Source: Candidatus Latescibacterota bacterium
Lineage (GTDB): Bacteria; Latescibacterota; UBA2968; UBA8231
Direction: 5' to 3'
DNA length: 64,000 nt
Assembly (NCBI GenBank): GCA_965248265.1
Contig: CBDFJF010000002.1
Coordinates: forward strand, 1,248,001 to 1,312,000
Of the stretch, positions 10,348 through 20,674 are shown in pieces; the stretch's first letter is position 1; each line of letters starts with the position of its first letter. A model generated the notes under the pieces. The model ran no database searches, was not told where the DNA came from, and saw nothing but the letters and a program-made list of their open reading frames with translations. The position numbers and the translations under genes were made by a program.

Positions 10348-10456
10348 CTCGCCCTCGTTTCAGATTGTCCGGATCGATAGAGACAGGCAGACCGATAGTA
10401 TCACGTGACCGTTGGGCCGTGTCGAGGGGGGCGCATCCGGATAGCTCGCTATGCAC

Positions 10457-10486
10457 TTGACACAAACAGATGCCAGAAAGTATCGT
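10457..10486 (+). promoter_or_regulatory. Putative sigma70 promoter
   Basis: TTGACA-18 nt-TATCGT about 70 nt upstream of the 10558 CDS. Confidence 0.5.
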
Positions 10487-10557
10487 GACGTTCAGCCCAG
10501 ATCTCACGGAACTTCTGTGCGGGCGATCGACATGAGCGGACTGAAAAGGATTATGCG

Positions 10558-11799
10558 GTGACCAACATGAAGATTCGCGATGTCAGGGCGATAATCACCC
10601 AGCCGCCCGGGGCGCGCACCCTGGTGGTCGTGAAGATGGAGACCGATGAGCCTGAACTTTACGGGCTCGGATGCGCTTCATTCTTCTCGCGGCCGACGGC
10701 CGTTGCTACCGCCGTCAACGACTATCTCAAACCCTTTCTGATTGGCAAGGACCCGGCGGATATCGAAGATCTATGGCAGTCCTGCAACACGGAGGCCTTG
10801 TGGCGCAACGGACCAGTGCTCAACAATGCCTTGAGCGGTGTGGACCAGGCGCTGTGGGACATCAAGGGCAAGGTAGCGGGAATGCCGGTGTACGAGCTGT
10901 TCGGCGGCAAATCCAGAGAAGCGGCGGCCGTGTACGTCATCCCTGGGGGCAGCGATCGGGCAGAGTACGAGGAAAACATCCACGAGCTGCTGGAACGGGG
11001 TTTCCACCACCTCAAGCTGGGATCATTTCATCCTTCGAAGCCGCCAGACGAGCCCAATCACGAGCCGGCCGTCATCACCAGCAAGGCGGGGCATCCCGGT
11101 GTGACCATCTTCGAGCCCAAGCCCCACGCCCGCAACATCGTCGATGCCTTCGAGCACTTCCGCACGACCTTCGGTCCGGACCCGGAGATCCTCTACGATG
11201 CTCACGAGCGTTTGCCGCCGATCCAGGGGCTCGCACTGGCCAAGGATGTGGAGCCGTACAAACCGTACTTCCTTGAGGATCTCTTTTCACCTGAGGACAA
11301 CGACTACTTTCGCCTGGTGCGTGAGCAGACTTCCACCCCGATCGCCATGGGGGAGTTGTACTCCAATCCCCAGGAGGTCGTCCCCATGATCAGGGACCGG
11401 CTGCTGGACTTTCTCCGGCTGCATATTTCAGCGATTGGCGGGTTGACGCCAGCACGCAAGCTGGCGGCCCTGTGCGAAGCGTTCAACGTTCGCACCGCCT
11501 GGCACGGTTCAGCCGACATCTCGCCTGTCGGGCACGCGGCCAACCTCATGCTGGACATGAACGTGTGGAATTTTGGCATCCAGGAGGCCTCCGTTTACCT
11601 GAAGACGCATGAAACCCTGAAGGAGGTTTTCCCAGGTACCCCTGAATTGCGCGGCGGTTACATGTGGCCCAATGGCAAACCCGGTCTGGGGGTGGACCTG
11701 GATGAGGAGCTGGCCGCCCGCTTTCCGGCCACAGGGCTGGGTGGGCCCAAGCTGTGGGGGGATGCCCGGCGCGCCGATGGCACCGTCATCAGGCCGTAG
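10558..11799 (+). CDS. Enolase-superfamily dehydratase, D-mannonate dehydratase/RspA-like
   Basis: WRNGPVLNNALSGVDQALWDIKGK, DAHERL, FLED, AMGEL, TAWHG and C-terminal RADGT...P. Confidence 0.85.
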   Translation: MTNMKIRDVRAIITQPPGARTLVVVKMETDEPELYGLGCASFFSRPTAVATAVNDYLKPFLIGKDPADIEDLWQSCNTEALWRNGPVLNNALSGVDQALWDIKGKVAGMPVYELFGGKSREAAAVYVIPGGSDRAEYEENIHELLERGFHHLKLGSFHPSKPPDEPNHEPAVITSKAGHPGVTIFEPKPHARNIVDAFEHFRTTFGPDPEILYDAHERLPPIQGLALAKDVEPYKPYFLEDLFSPEDNDYFRLVREQTSTPIAMGELYSNPQEVVPMIRDRLLDFLRLHISAIGGLTPARKLAALCEAFNVRTAWHGSADISPVGHAANLMLDMNVWNFGIQEASVYLKTHETLKEVFPGTPELRGGYMWPNGKPGLGVDLDEELAARFPATGLGGPKLWGDARRADGTVIRP

Positions 11800-12397
11800 G
11801 CGGCCCCCATAGGTCGGCTTCCAGAAACTCGTCCGGCGCTAAGCCCCGCGACGAAAAGCGCGCGATGCGCATGGCCCCCTTGTACCAACAGACTCGGTTG
11901 ATCCGCACTCCCACCGAGGTTTGTCCCTGTTTCAATGGGGCAAAGTCGATCTCGGTCTCCAGCTCCATCTCTCCGTTCACAAAGTGCCTGAACGTACCGT
12001 CGGCAACGACGATGGCGATGTGATACCAGGGGCCGATCTCATGTTTGAACTCTTCAGCGAACAAGACCTTGCCGTCGGCCCCAGCCTGAATACAGGTGTC
12101 CAGGAACCACTCGTCGTCGGTCAGGCGGGTTTCGAACAGCAACCGATTGTCGCTGCCATCTTCCTGGATATGGAAGAATCGTTGGGCGCTCAGTCCATCC
12201 GGATATGGTCGAAATATCAGTTCGGCAGTGAAGGCCTTGAGATCAATTAGAGGGTTGGCATCTACCACGAGTGCATCCCCTGCACCGTCGAATTCAACCG
12301 CAGTGCCCGCTTCGGTCTCGATCAATACAGGGCTGCCTACCATCTGTGTCCCATGGCCGCCAACGGAATCCATGTTGCACAGATCCCATGTGTTCAT
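11789..12397 (-). CDS. LamG/concanavalin A-like jelly-roll domain protein
   Basis: AVEFDG, FTAELIF, WYHIAIVV...FVNG pattern. Confidence 0.75.
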   Translation of the reverse strand: MNTWDLCNMDSVGGHGTQMVGSPVLIETEAGTAVEFDGAGDALVVDANPLIDLKAFTAELIFRPYPDGLSAQRFFHIQEDGSDNRLLFETRLTDDEWFLDTCIQAGADGKVLFAEEFKHEIGPWYHIAIVVADGTFRHFVNGEMELETEIDFAPLKQGQTSVGVRINRVCWYKGAMRIARFSSRGLAPDEFLEADLWGPPTA

Positions 12398-12764
12398 TGT
12401 CCTACCTCTTGTGTCAGCACAGATGTGAATGGAGAGACGCAGACTGATTCGAAGGGCGACGCGGTCAGCGAACCATCAACCACATCGAGTGCGGGCCAAT
12501 ATAGCCTCTTGGCCAACACTCGGCCCACCGTGGTACAGCAGGGCCTCCCGTATCGGCGTAGCTCCCGGTGGCAGAACACTCCGCGCGTAAGGGTGGGAGC
12601 TGATCGCAGGGTTGTAGGCCGGTACGATCGGTCATGCCCTTGCGGAGAGATCTCCGGCCTCTTCATACTTGCCTTCGCTGTCGGCGGCGCTTGGCACGGC
12701 TGAGGGCCATACGCACCCGCGTCGTGCATGGCCACATCATCGGGATTGAGGGGGAGAGCCGGGT

Positions 12765-14735
12765 TTGCGAGGGGGAACACAGGAGCAGTCGACTTCAGGA
12801 GTGACGCCGCGCTCGTTGGTCATTGGAGCCGGGCTCAGTTTGTTGATCGGCGTGGGCGAGCCGTATGGTGCGCACGTCATCATGGGCAGCCATATGAGCT
12901 CCTTGAATGGTCCCGCCGCGTTCTTCCTGTTCTTCCTGTGGGTGGGCGTTGTCCAGGTCGTGTTGGGGCTCATTCACCGGAGCCTGGTCCTGGGCAAGGG
13001 GGAGCTGCTGACCATCTACATCATGATAGTCGTGGCCACCGCCTTCGCAGGAGGCGAGCGCAACGGCTTCTGCCTGATGCTGTTGTCGTCGGCGGCCGGG
13101 GTATTCTACCTGGCGAAACCGGAAAACGAGTGGGCGGAGCGGATTCATCCCTACGTGGCCGATTGGATGGTCCCTCACGATGAGTTGGGGATCCAATGGT
13201 TTTTTGAAGGGATGCCGGACGGCGAGTCCATTCCCTGGGGCATGTGGCTGCCGCCTCTGATGTGGTGGTTGGCGTTCATGGTGGCGCTGTGGATGGTCAG
13301 CATCTGCACGATGGTCATCCTCCGCCGTCAGTGGGTCGAGCACGAGCACCTCATTTACCCTATCACCAAAGTACCGCTGGCCATGGTAGAGTCGCCGTCC
13401 GACGGTTCGGGGCTTGCGGCGCCGTTTTTCAAGAAGCCCTTGATGTGGGTGGGATTGCTGCTGGCGTTCGGCCGCGAAAGCCTCAATGCCCTCAACCATT
13501 ACTTCCCCTACGTGCCTGTGATTCCGCGGTACCTGGGGCACGTATCGCTGTTGCGAGGATCATTCGGAATCGGTTTCTCGCTGAATCTGATGATCCTGGG
13601 GTTTGCGTATTTTCTCAAACCGGACGTCATGCTCGGGATGTGGGTATTTACCCTGTTGCGCCAACTGGAAGAGGGTGTGCTGACTTTGACGGGGGCTGGC
13701 ATCGGGGAATCGCTGTCTCGGTACGGCGGCGGCGGCGGCGTGAGTGGATTGCTTGCCCACCAGAGCATAGGGGCCATGATCGCATTGGTCCTGTTCGGGC
13801 TCTGGATCGCCCGGGGGCATCTGCGGATGGTGTTTCGCAAGGCCTTCGTGGGGGACGATTCGGTGGACGATTCCGACGAAATCATGTCCTACCGCACGGC
13901 TGTGTGGGGAGTGATCCTCGGATTGGTCGGGATGAGTCTGTGGCTGTGGCGTGCGGGTTTGCCGATGTGGGCAGCGCCGCTGTTTCTGTTCGGCGCGCTG
14001 GTGACCTTCATAAGCCTGACGCGCATCATTGCCGAGGCCGGCTTGCCCATGGTGTTTCCGCGCAACATCCCCCTGGACTTCGTGATCTCGGGGATCGGGG
14101 CAACGTATATCGGGCCCAAAGGGATCGCGGCGCTGGGCCCGACGGTCATCTGGACGGAATCCCTGGCCAGCACGATGATGGCGCATACCGCCACGGGGTT
14201 GAAGCTGAGTGGGGAGATCGCCTATCGCAAGCGCTGGTTGTTATTTGCCATCGCGATCTCGTTGGGGGTCTCTGCAGTCAGTACATTCTGGACGACGTTG
14301 TCGATAACCTATCGCGAGGGGGGCATCAACGTAGCCGGTTACGTGGCCGGGTTGCCGGACTTTACCTGGGAGTACGTGGGGCGACGGGTCGATGAGAATG
14401 CCGGCCCGAACTGGCTGGGATGGTTCATCCGGCTGCTGGGGGGTGGGGTGATGGCGGGTCTGCTGATCCTGCAGCGCCGCTTCCTGTGGTGGCCGCTGCA
14501 TCCCCTGGGATTCGTGGCCGGTATGGACAGGGTGATGGGTTCGGCCTGGTTCCCGGTCTTCCTGGCCTGGTTGATCAAGTCGGTCCTCTTGAAGTATGGT
14601 GGTCTCAAAGCCTACCGCACCCTCATCCCTGTTTTCTATGGTTTGGTCTTGGGTCAGTTCGTGGCCGGGGGATTCTGGCTGATCGTCGACCATTTCACCG
14701 GAATGATGGGTAATCAACTGAGTATGGCCTATTAG
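12765..14735 (+). CDS. Second DUF6785/DUF6784-type membrane protein (close paralogue of 3074..5032)
   Basis: Near-colinear with the first copy over its whole length. The start is uncertain (TTG 12765 or GTG ~12800) because the ATG of the paralogue is absent. Confidence 0.75.
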   Translation: MRGGTQEQSTSGVTPRSLVIGAGLSLLIGVGEPYGAHVIMGSHMSSLNGPAAFFLFFLWVGVVQVVLGLIHRSLVLGKGELLTIYIMIVVATAFAGGERNGFCLMLLSSAAGVFYLAKPENEWAERIHPYVADWMVPHDELGIQWFFEGMPDGESIPWGMWLPPLMWWLAFMVALWMVSICTMVILRRQWVEHEHLIYPITKVPLAMVESPSDGSGLAAPFFKKPLMWVGLLLAFGRESLNALNHYFPYVPVIPRYLGHVSLLRGSFGIGFSLNLMILGFAYFLKPDVMLGMWVFTLLRQLEEGVLTLTGAGIGESLSRYGGGGGVSGLLAHQSIGAMIALVLFGLWIARGHLRMVFRKAFVGDDSVDDSDEIMSYRTAVWGVILGLVGMSLWLWRAGLPMWAAPLFLFGALVTFISLTRIIAEAGLPMVFPRNIPLDFVISGIGATYIGPKGIAALGPTVIWTESLASTMMAHTATGLKLSGEIAYRKRWLLFAIAISLGVSAVSTFWTTLSITYREGGINVAGYVAGLPDFTWEYVGRRVDENAGPNWLGWFIRLLGGGVMAGLLILQRRFLWWPLHPLGFVAGMDRVMGSAWFPVFLAWLIKSVLLKYGGLKAYRTLIPVFYGLVLGQFVAGGFWLIVDHFTGMMGNQLSMAY

Positions 14736-14787
14736 GCCCCACAGCCCAGATCCTATCGATGATCAGCTGCCCTGGATCGGGTCGACT

Positions 14788-15399
14788 TCAGGCGTATTCA
14801 CCAGGCTTGAGATGGTTGACACAATTGACCAGCTCAACACTGTCCAGCACGCCATCCTTGAGATGGGCGACGGAAAGTGAGGTGTTCGTGATCATCAGGG
14901 GCAACCCTCGCTTGGAGGGACGCCCTGCCAGGGTGTAGATGAGCAGGCGGATGAGGTTCCCATGGATTGCGAGGAGAATCTTTTCCCCATGGCCATGGTT
15001 CTTGAGCAGAAGCCGGACGAAGCGCTTGACCGACTTCTCGGACTTCGCCATGCGATCGAGGATCGCCTTCTGTCTTGGCGTTCTTCCGGGAAGAACGTGA
15101 TGCGCTGACACCTCGCGGATATCCGCTGATACGGTGTACGGGGTGCTCTCGTGATACGCGATGATGGCCTGGGCCGTCTGATAGGCCCGCGACATGTCGC
15201 TCGAGTATATGTGATCGAATTCTTCGTGGGCCAGGCGTCGAGCCACTTTGGCCGCTTGCCTCTCGCCTCGAGCAGTCAGCGGCGGGCCGACCTCGCCCGG
15301 CCGTGATTCTCCGCCCGCCTCTCCATGGCGAACGAGGTACAGGGTCAAAGGTTCCAGGGAATCATCCTCTCTGTGCGCTCTCTTTTTTGACATGTCCAT
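14788..15399 (-). CDS. Histidine phosphatase (phosphoglycerate mutase-like) family
   Basis: LYLVRHGE, YSSDMSRAYQTA and AIHG motifs. Confidence 0.9.
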   Translation of the reverse strand: MDMSKKRAHREDDSLEPLTLYLVRHGEAGGESRPGEVGPPLTARGERQAAKVARRLAHEEFDHIYSSDMSRAYQTAQAIIAYHESTPYTVSADIREVSAHHVLPGRTPRQKAILDRMAKSEKSVKRFVRLLLKNHGHGEKILLAIHGNLIRLLIYTLAGRPSKRGLPLMITNTSLSVAHLKDGVLDSVELVNCVNHLKPGEYA

Positions 15400-15429
15400 A
15401 TCTCCTGCTATAGCGGGGTCGCACGTGTC

Positions 15430-16989
15430 CTACATCTGCCCGCCGACGCGCATGGGCGGTTCGGCATACTCGATCAGCAGCTCCACCTGGTGCAGCACCC
15501 GGTCCTCGACGCGTTCGGCCAGCTCGTGTTCCAAGGTGACTCCAACCTCGTTGGTCCCCTGCAGGACCAACTCGATCGGCAGGTCGAACTCAAACCAGTA
15601 GTGCGTGTTGATTCTGACGTCACGGCCCAGGCGCCACGACATGTAATCGACGATACCGCCATAAACGGTTGAGATGTTCCGCGTCTCGGGAGTCAATGGA
15701 GTGTCATTGAACGTGAAGTTCAGCTGGTCGTCCATGCCGGTCTGGACGATCCGCACTTTCAAGGTGGCGCGCTTCAACTCACCATCACTGCGGGCGGCAT
15801 CCAGTTCATCGCCGACGGTGAATGGCACCACTGACGCCACGCCCTGTTCCAGGGTTTTCGGCAGGTGACACTTGACCGGCCAGGGCTCGGTACTGGGATC
15901 ATACCGTGCGGGGAAGTAGTGTTTGTTCTTGCGCTGGTAGATGTCCGCGTCGGCGAGCTCGCGCATGATCAGGTACTCGTCGGGTCCGTGCGGCCACAGC
16001 AGGTGGGAGAGGTAGAGACCGTCGGCACCGGCGGCCATCTGGTTGGTGGCGACGGCGCGGACCATCTCGATCGTCGGTTCGTGGTGCCGGTCGTCGTAGG
16101 GGAGGCGACCCATGTGCGGGTAGATCCAGACGTCATTCTCATTCGCCGCGTCAACGAGCCAGCCGAAGTGGGGCTCCGGATCCAGGTCCATGCTGTCGGT
16201 GTCGACGACGATGGCATTCACGAGCTTTTCCCGCATCCATGAACGCACGTCCATGCCCACGGCGAGGTTGGCGTCCTCGCGCGGGTTCACGCGGGCCGCC
16301 AGCATCAGTCGTTTGCCGCGTTTTTCACCGATGCGGTCCAGGAGCTCACGGACACTTCTGATGAAATCAGTCAGCAGCGGTGTGTGGCGCTCGATCTCTG
16401 TGGGCTTGAAGAACACGCGGACGTATTCGTCGATCTCGATGCCGTCGGCGCCGTAGCGGTCACAGACCTCTTCGATGACATCCAGCCGTTCCTGACGCAC
16501 CTCATCGATGGCAAAGTCGAGGCAGGTGGCGACAGCCGGCCGCTCCGGGTCTTCCTCGCCGATCATGTACTCCGGGTGGTCGAGCTTGAGTCGGTTGCAC
16601 ATGTAGGGTTGTCGATTGGGACCGCTTGCCGTGCCGGGTTCGTTGATGCGCAGACTGGCGATGATCTGAATGTCTTTTTCATGAGCCCGGTCGATGACGA
16701 CCTGCAACGGGTCCATGCCGGCGGCGAGGGCGGCCTCCAGGTTCTTGGCGGCGCGCCACCACATGATGCCGTTGTCGTGGTCGACGACCGAGTCGCCCCA
16801 TTTGTTGCCGACCTTCGAGTCGTGCAGGAAGGTCGCCCCCGATGCCAGTCCGAAAGCCAGCGTGTCTACGCCGGTTCCGAGGATTTCATCCACCGGACTC
16901 TGCAGACGCTTGCGGCTCAGAGGTGGGTCGAACCGGTACATCAGGTAATGGCGGGCGTCGTTGTTGAGAATGAGCCTGGGTTTGCGCAT
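15430..16989 (-). CDS. GHL10-like (family 10 glycosyl-hydrolase-like) TIM-barrel protein
   Basis: RLILNND N-terminus, SLRIN, LDFA..EVR and YGADGIEID. No signal peptide. Confidence 0.6.
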   Translation of the reverse strand: MRKPRLILNNDARHYLMYRFDPPLSRKRLQSPVDEILGTGVDTLAFGLASGATFLHDSKVGNKWGDSVVDHDNGIMWWRAAKNLEAALAAGMDPLQVVIDRAHEKDIQIIASLRINEPGTASGPNRQPYMCNRLKLDHPEYMIGEEDPERPAVATCLDFAIDEVRQERLDVIEEVCDRYGADGIEIDEYVRVFFKPTEIERHTPLLTDFIRSVRELLDRIGEKRGKRLMLAARVNPREDANLAVGMDVRSWMREKLVNAIVVDTDSMDLDPEPHFGWLVDAANENDVWIYPHMGRLPYDDRHHEPTIEMVRAVATNQMAAGADGLYLSHLLWPHGPDEYLIMRELADADIYQRKNKHYFPARYDPSTEPWPVKCHLPKTLEQGVASVVPFTVGDELDAARSDGELKRATLKVRIVQTGMDDQLNFTFNDTPLTPETRNISTVYGGIVDYMSWRLGRDVRINTHYWFEFDLPIELVLQGTNEVGVTLEHELAERVEDRVLHQVELLIEYAEPPMRVGGQM

Positions 16990-17211
16990 CGCGGCCTCGC
17001 ATGGTCAGTTGGTGGGCGAGAGTATGGCGAGCGGGCGACTTTATGTTGAAGGTGTGTCGCCGGCACGACTGCGGATTGAACATCCGTGAGGTGGCTGTCA
17101 TCGGGCAAAGATAAGCTGGATATTCGCTGGATCCACTGTTCGGCCTGGATCCGAACGGCGGCATGGCGTACCTGGCTGCTGAAGGGCAACCAAACAACGA
17201 GGAGACATTCG

Positions 17212-18351
17212 ATGAAGATCGTTGACGTAAGGACGATTCCGGTCGCCCGCTACCTTTTCGTTGAGGTCGTCACCGACGAAGGGATTACGGGGGTGGGAGA
17301 ATCGGGGGCATGGGGTTATCTGGAGGCCTCTGAGAAGGCCGTCGAGACCTTCAAGCGCTACCTGATTGGACAGGACCCTCGCCGCATCGAGCACCACTGG
17401 CAGTACCTCTATCGGTGCAGTCATTTTCGAGGCGCGGCCATCATGGGCGCCCTTTCTGCGATTGATATCGCGCTATGGGATATTCTGGGAAAGCATTTGG
17501 GGGTGCCCTGCTACCAGCTTTTGGGCGGGAAATGCCGCGACAAGGCCAGGGTCTATTGCCATGTTTACGGACAGACCACGCAAGAGCTCGTTCAAGGGTG
17601 CATCGACGCCAAAGCGAATGGATTCACGGCCGTCGGACATCTCACACCTTTTTTGGACGAAGCCCGCGACATCCCGTTTTTCAAGACCCATGCGGACAAG
17701 ATGCACGACGCCGTCGACAGCGTGCGTCAGTACCGTGAAGCCGTCGGTAACGAAGTCGATCTGTGCATCGAAATCCACAGGCGGCTGACACCGTCAGAGG
17801 CGGTCGTGCTGGCCAGAGGCATCGAGCCGTACCGTCCGTTATTCTACGAAGACCCGACGCAGCCCGATAACCTCGACGCCATGGCGCAGATTGCCGAGAA
17901 GATCCACATCCCGATCGCGACGGGGGAACGCATCCACACGATCTACGAGTTCGAGATGCTGCTGCGCAGATCGGCCGTGCAGTTTGTCAGACCGGACGTG
18001 TGCATGTGCGGGGGACTGACTCACGCGAAAAAGATCGCTGCCCTGGCGGAAGCGCATTACGTTCAGGTGGTGCCCCACAATCCACTCAGCCCGGTCAGCA
18101 CAGCGGCGTGTGTGCAATTGGCGGCATGTATCCCGAACTTCGCGATTCAGGAATATCCCACAGGCGAGGGGGTCCCGCCGAAGAGCGAGATCGTTCAGGC
18201 GTCACTCAAGTGTGAAGACGGGTTCCTGATCGTCCCGGACGCACCGGGGATAGGGATTGAATTGGCCCCGGATGCGCAACAGCGACATCCCTTCCAACCG
18301 CGGGGCGTGGAAACGCGGCTGCACGTCGATGGATCGGTCATCGATGAGTGA
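17212..18351 (+). CDS. Galactonate dehydratase (DgoD)-like enolase-superfamily enzyme
   Basis: GAGGAG RBS. SAIDIALWDILGK, EIH, FYED, ATGER and PHNP motifs. Confidence 0.85.
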   Translation: MKIVDVRTIPVARYLFVEVVTDEGITGVGESGAWGYLEASEKAVETFKRYLIGQDPRRIEHHWQYLYRCSHFRGAAIMGALSAIDIALWDILGKHLGVPCYQLLGGKCRDKARVYCHVYGQTTQELVQGCIDAKANGFTAVGHLTPFLDEARDIPFFKTHADKMHDAVDSVRQYREAVGNEVDLCIEIHRRLTPSEAVVLARGIEPYRPLFYEDPTQPDNLDAMAQIAEKIHIPIATGERIHTIYEFEMLLRRSAVQFVRPDVCMCGGLTHAKKIAALAEAHYVQVVPHNPLSPVSTAACVQLAACIPNFAIQEYPTGEGVPPKSEIVQASLKCEDGFLIVPDAPGIGIELAPDAQQRHPFQPRGVETRLHVDGSVIDE

Positions 18352-19597
18352 TACGCCACCCATTCGACTCGCCCTCATCGGCTGCGGCGGCATGGGGCTG
18401 AGGCATCTCCACGGCTTGATTGAACTCAAGCGCTGTGGTTTCGATACCGTCGATCTGGTGGCCGTCTGCGATCTCAACGCAGAGCACGCGGCCCACGTCG
18501 CCACCGTTGCTCATAACGAATTGGGCACGGCGCCGAAGGTATATGCCGATCTGTCGCAGCTGTTGAAATCAGAAAAAAACATTGACGCCATAAACCTCGT
18601 CACCGACCCGGTTTCCCATCACACCCTGGCGTGCATGGCATTCGACGCGGGCGTTCACGTCATGGTTGAAAAACCGATGGGGGTTACCGTGCGGGCGTGT
18701 CACGCGATGATCGATAGCGCAAAACAGAACGGCTGCAAGCTGGCGGTCGCTGAGAATTACCGCCGCGACCCGATGAATCGCTTGCTGAAGGCGGTCCTCG
18801 ACGCCAAGATCATCGGTCAACCCTACCTGGTTTTCCACAACCACATCACCGGTGGCGGCTCTATAATGAGCGGTACCCTCTGGCGACATCAGAAACGACG
18901 CGGCGGGTATCTGATTGAGATGGGTGTCCACTACGGCGATATGCTGACCTACCTCCTTGGCGATATCCGCGAAGTCTATGCGGCGACGGCCCTTTTTGAG
19001 CCACACCGGGAAACGAAATCGACATCCCCGTTCTATCAGCATCGCCTCAAGAACGAGCCGACATCGATGCAAGCCGACGCCGAAGAAACGGCCGCAGCGA
19101 CGCTGGTTTTCGCCAACGGGTCATACGGGCAGTTCACGCTCAGTCACGCGGGACACGGGCACGGCATCTTTACCCGCAAGATCTACGGGGCCAAGGGAAG
19201 CATCGAGGCCCCCGGCGATCGCTCCGGGAGGCCAATTCGCTTGAAGTTGGATGAAGGCGATGAGTTGGTCGGCGACTCCGTTCTGGACCTTGTTCCCGAC
19301 TTCCGACTGGACCCCATCAATCGCGGACTCTTCGGTTTCGAGCGCGCGGGGAGTTACGACATACCGTATGATACCCTCGACCAAAAACTCCTCGCCCATG
19401 AGTTGCAGGACTTCGCCGAAGCCATTCGCGACGATCGGCAACCCGAAGTCGATGGTCAGTGCGGGTTGAACGCCACCGCGTTCGGGTACGCGCTCTGTGA
19501 GTCAGGGCATCTCGGGGCGGCGGTCACCCTCAGCGCTGTGGCGGCCGACGAGGTCAACGCCTATCAAGCTGAGATCAATGAGCACGCCGGATTATGA
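18344..19597 (+). CDS. Gfo/Idh/MocA family oxidoreductase
   Basis: IGCGGMG, HVMVEKPM, ENYRRDP and EMGVHYGD. Confidence 0.9.
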   Translation: MSDTPPIRLALIGCGGMGLRHLHGLIELKRCGFDTVDLVAVCDLNAEHAAHVATVAHNELGTAPKVYADLSQLLKSEKNIDAINLVTDPVSHHTLACMAFDAGVHVMVEKPMGVTVRACHAMIDSAKQNGCKLAVAENYRRDPMNRLLKAVLDAKIIGQPYLVFHNHITGGGSIMSGTLWRHQKRRGGYLIEMGVHYGDMLTYLLGDIREVYAATALFEPHRETKSTSPFYQHRLKNEPTSMQADAEETAAATLVFANGSYGQFTLSHAGHGHGIFTRKIYGAKGSIEAPGDRSGRPIRLKLDEGDELVGDSVLDLVPDFRLDPINRGLFGFERAGSYDIPYDTLDQKLLAHELQDFAEAIRDDRQPEVDGQCGLNATAFGYALCESGHLGAAVTLSAVAADEVNAYQAEINEHAGL

Positions 19598-19649
19598 GGG
19601 CAGCCTGGTACCGCAGCGAGCCCCTCAACCTCGGCGCAAGTGCCGTTCG

Positions 19650-20636
19650 TCACGCCAGGGCTTTCAGATCGCTGGCTGAATACAGATGGGCTACGTACTC
19701 GCCGTACCCGTTGTAGAGCAGGGTGGGCCTGAAAGACGCGGAACTGAGGGAATCCTGGATGAAACTTTCCTCTGCCTGCGACCACCGGGGGTGAGGCGCA
19801 TCCGGATTCACGATGGCATTGAAACCGTATTCGGTCCGGTTCGACAGGGGCCAGAAGGTAAGCGGTTTTTCTTCCGTGAACTCCATTCTGACGATCGATT
19901 TGATGCCCTTGAAACCGTACTTCCAGGGCACGACCAGCCGGATGGGAACGCCGTGCTGTTTTGGCAGTTCATGCCCATAGATGCCGGTGGCCAGGAGTGT
20001 GAGCTCGTTCGCGGCCTCCTCGATGGTGAGTCCCTCCGTGTAAGGCCAGGGCTCATCGGGCCGGTTCCACTGGCTCCTTGCCTGGTCGGGTCGCAGAAAG
20101 GACGTCATCTTCACGTAACGGGCTGAGGCGAGCGGTTGGACCGCATCCATCAAGGCCTTCATCGGAAAACCCGTCCACGGAATTGCCATCGACCACGCCT
20201 CGACGCACCGGTGCCTGTAGAGACGCTCTTCGAGGGGCATCGCACGGATCAGCTCATCGATATCGTAGGTGCGGGCGTTTTGGACCAGGCCCGTCACTTC
20301 CATGGTCCAGGGGCGGGACTCGAAATCGTCGATCACCCTCCAGACATTCTTGCTCGTCGTGAATTCCCAGAAGTTGTTGTACTTGCCCGCCACGGTCTCG
20401 TCCGTGAGCGGTCGGTCGAGCTCGGCGAACGCGGTGTTGAGTGTTGCCGGATACAGGTCGCTCAGATCGACGTCGGCCGGACCGGTCACCGACTCGTCGC
20501 TGCCACATCCCGCGATGGCTCCGAATCCGGCCAGTCCCATCGATGTCATGAACTTGCGACGATTCAGAAAAACCTCCTCCTCCGTCGCCTCGCGTTCGGG
20601 GATCTCCCAACCTCTCTTGATCATCTGGTCAATCAC
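19650..20636 (-). CDS. msrP: Protein-methionine-sulfoxide reductase catalytic subunit
   Basis: YNNFWEF, ERLYRHRCVEAWSM, WPYTEGL, PWKYGFKGIKSI and HPRWSQA.E motifs. Twin-Arg NRRKFM signal ending in IAGC. Confidence 0.9.
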   Translation of the reverse strand: MIDQMIKRGWEIPEREATEEEVFLNRRKFMTSMGLAGFGAIAGCGSDESVTGPADVDLSDLYPATLNTAFAELDRPLTDETVAGKYNNFWEFTTSKNVWRVIDDFESRPWTMEVTGLVQNARTYDIDELIRAMPLEERLYRHRCVEAWSMAIPWTGFPMKALMDAVQPLASARYVKMTSFLRPDQARSQWNRPDEPWPYTEGLTIEEAANELTLLATGIYGHELPKQHGVPIRLVVPWKYGFKGIKSIVRMEFTEEKPLTFWPLSNRTEYGFNAIVNPDAPHPRWSQAEESFIQDSLSSASFRPTLLYNGYGEYVAHLYSASDLKALA

Positions 20637-20674
20637 TCCATCATGTGTTGATGTCGCACCGTTGGGTCAACTCA

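Noticed and set aside
12394-12780. 128-aa minus-strand ORF or TPR-like remnant (GKYEEA) upstream of the second membrane protein
   Set aside because: No convincing family motifs, and the GKYEEA frame contains a stop; too weak to call.
17024-17051. TTATGTTGAAG as a XerD arm of a chromosomal dif
   Set aside because: There is no XerC-like arm (ATAA) 6 bp upstream.
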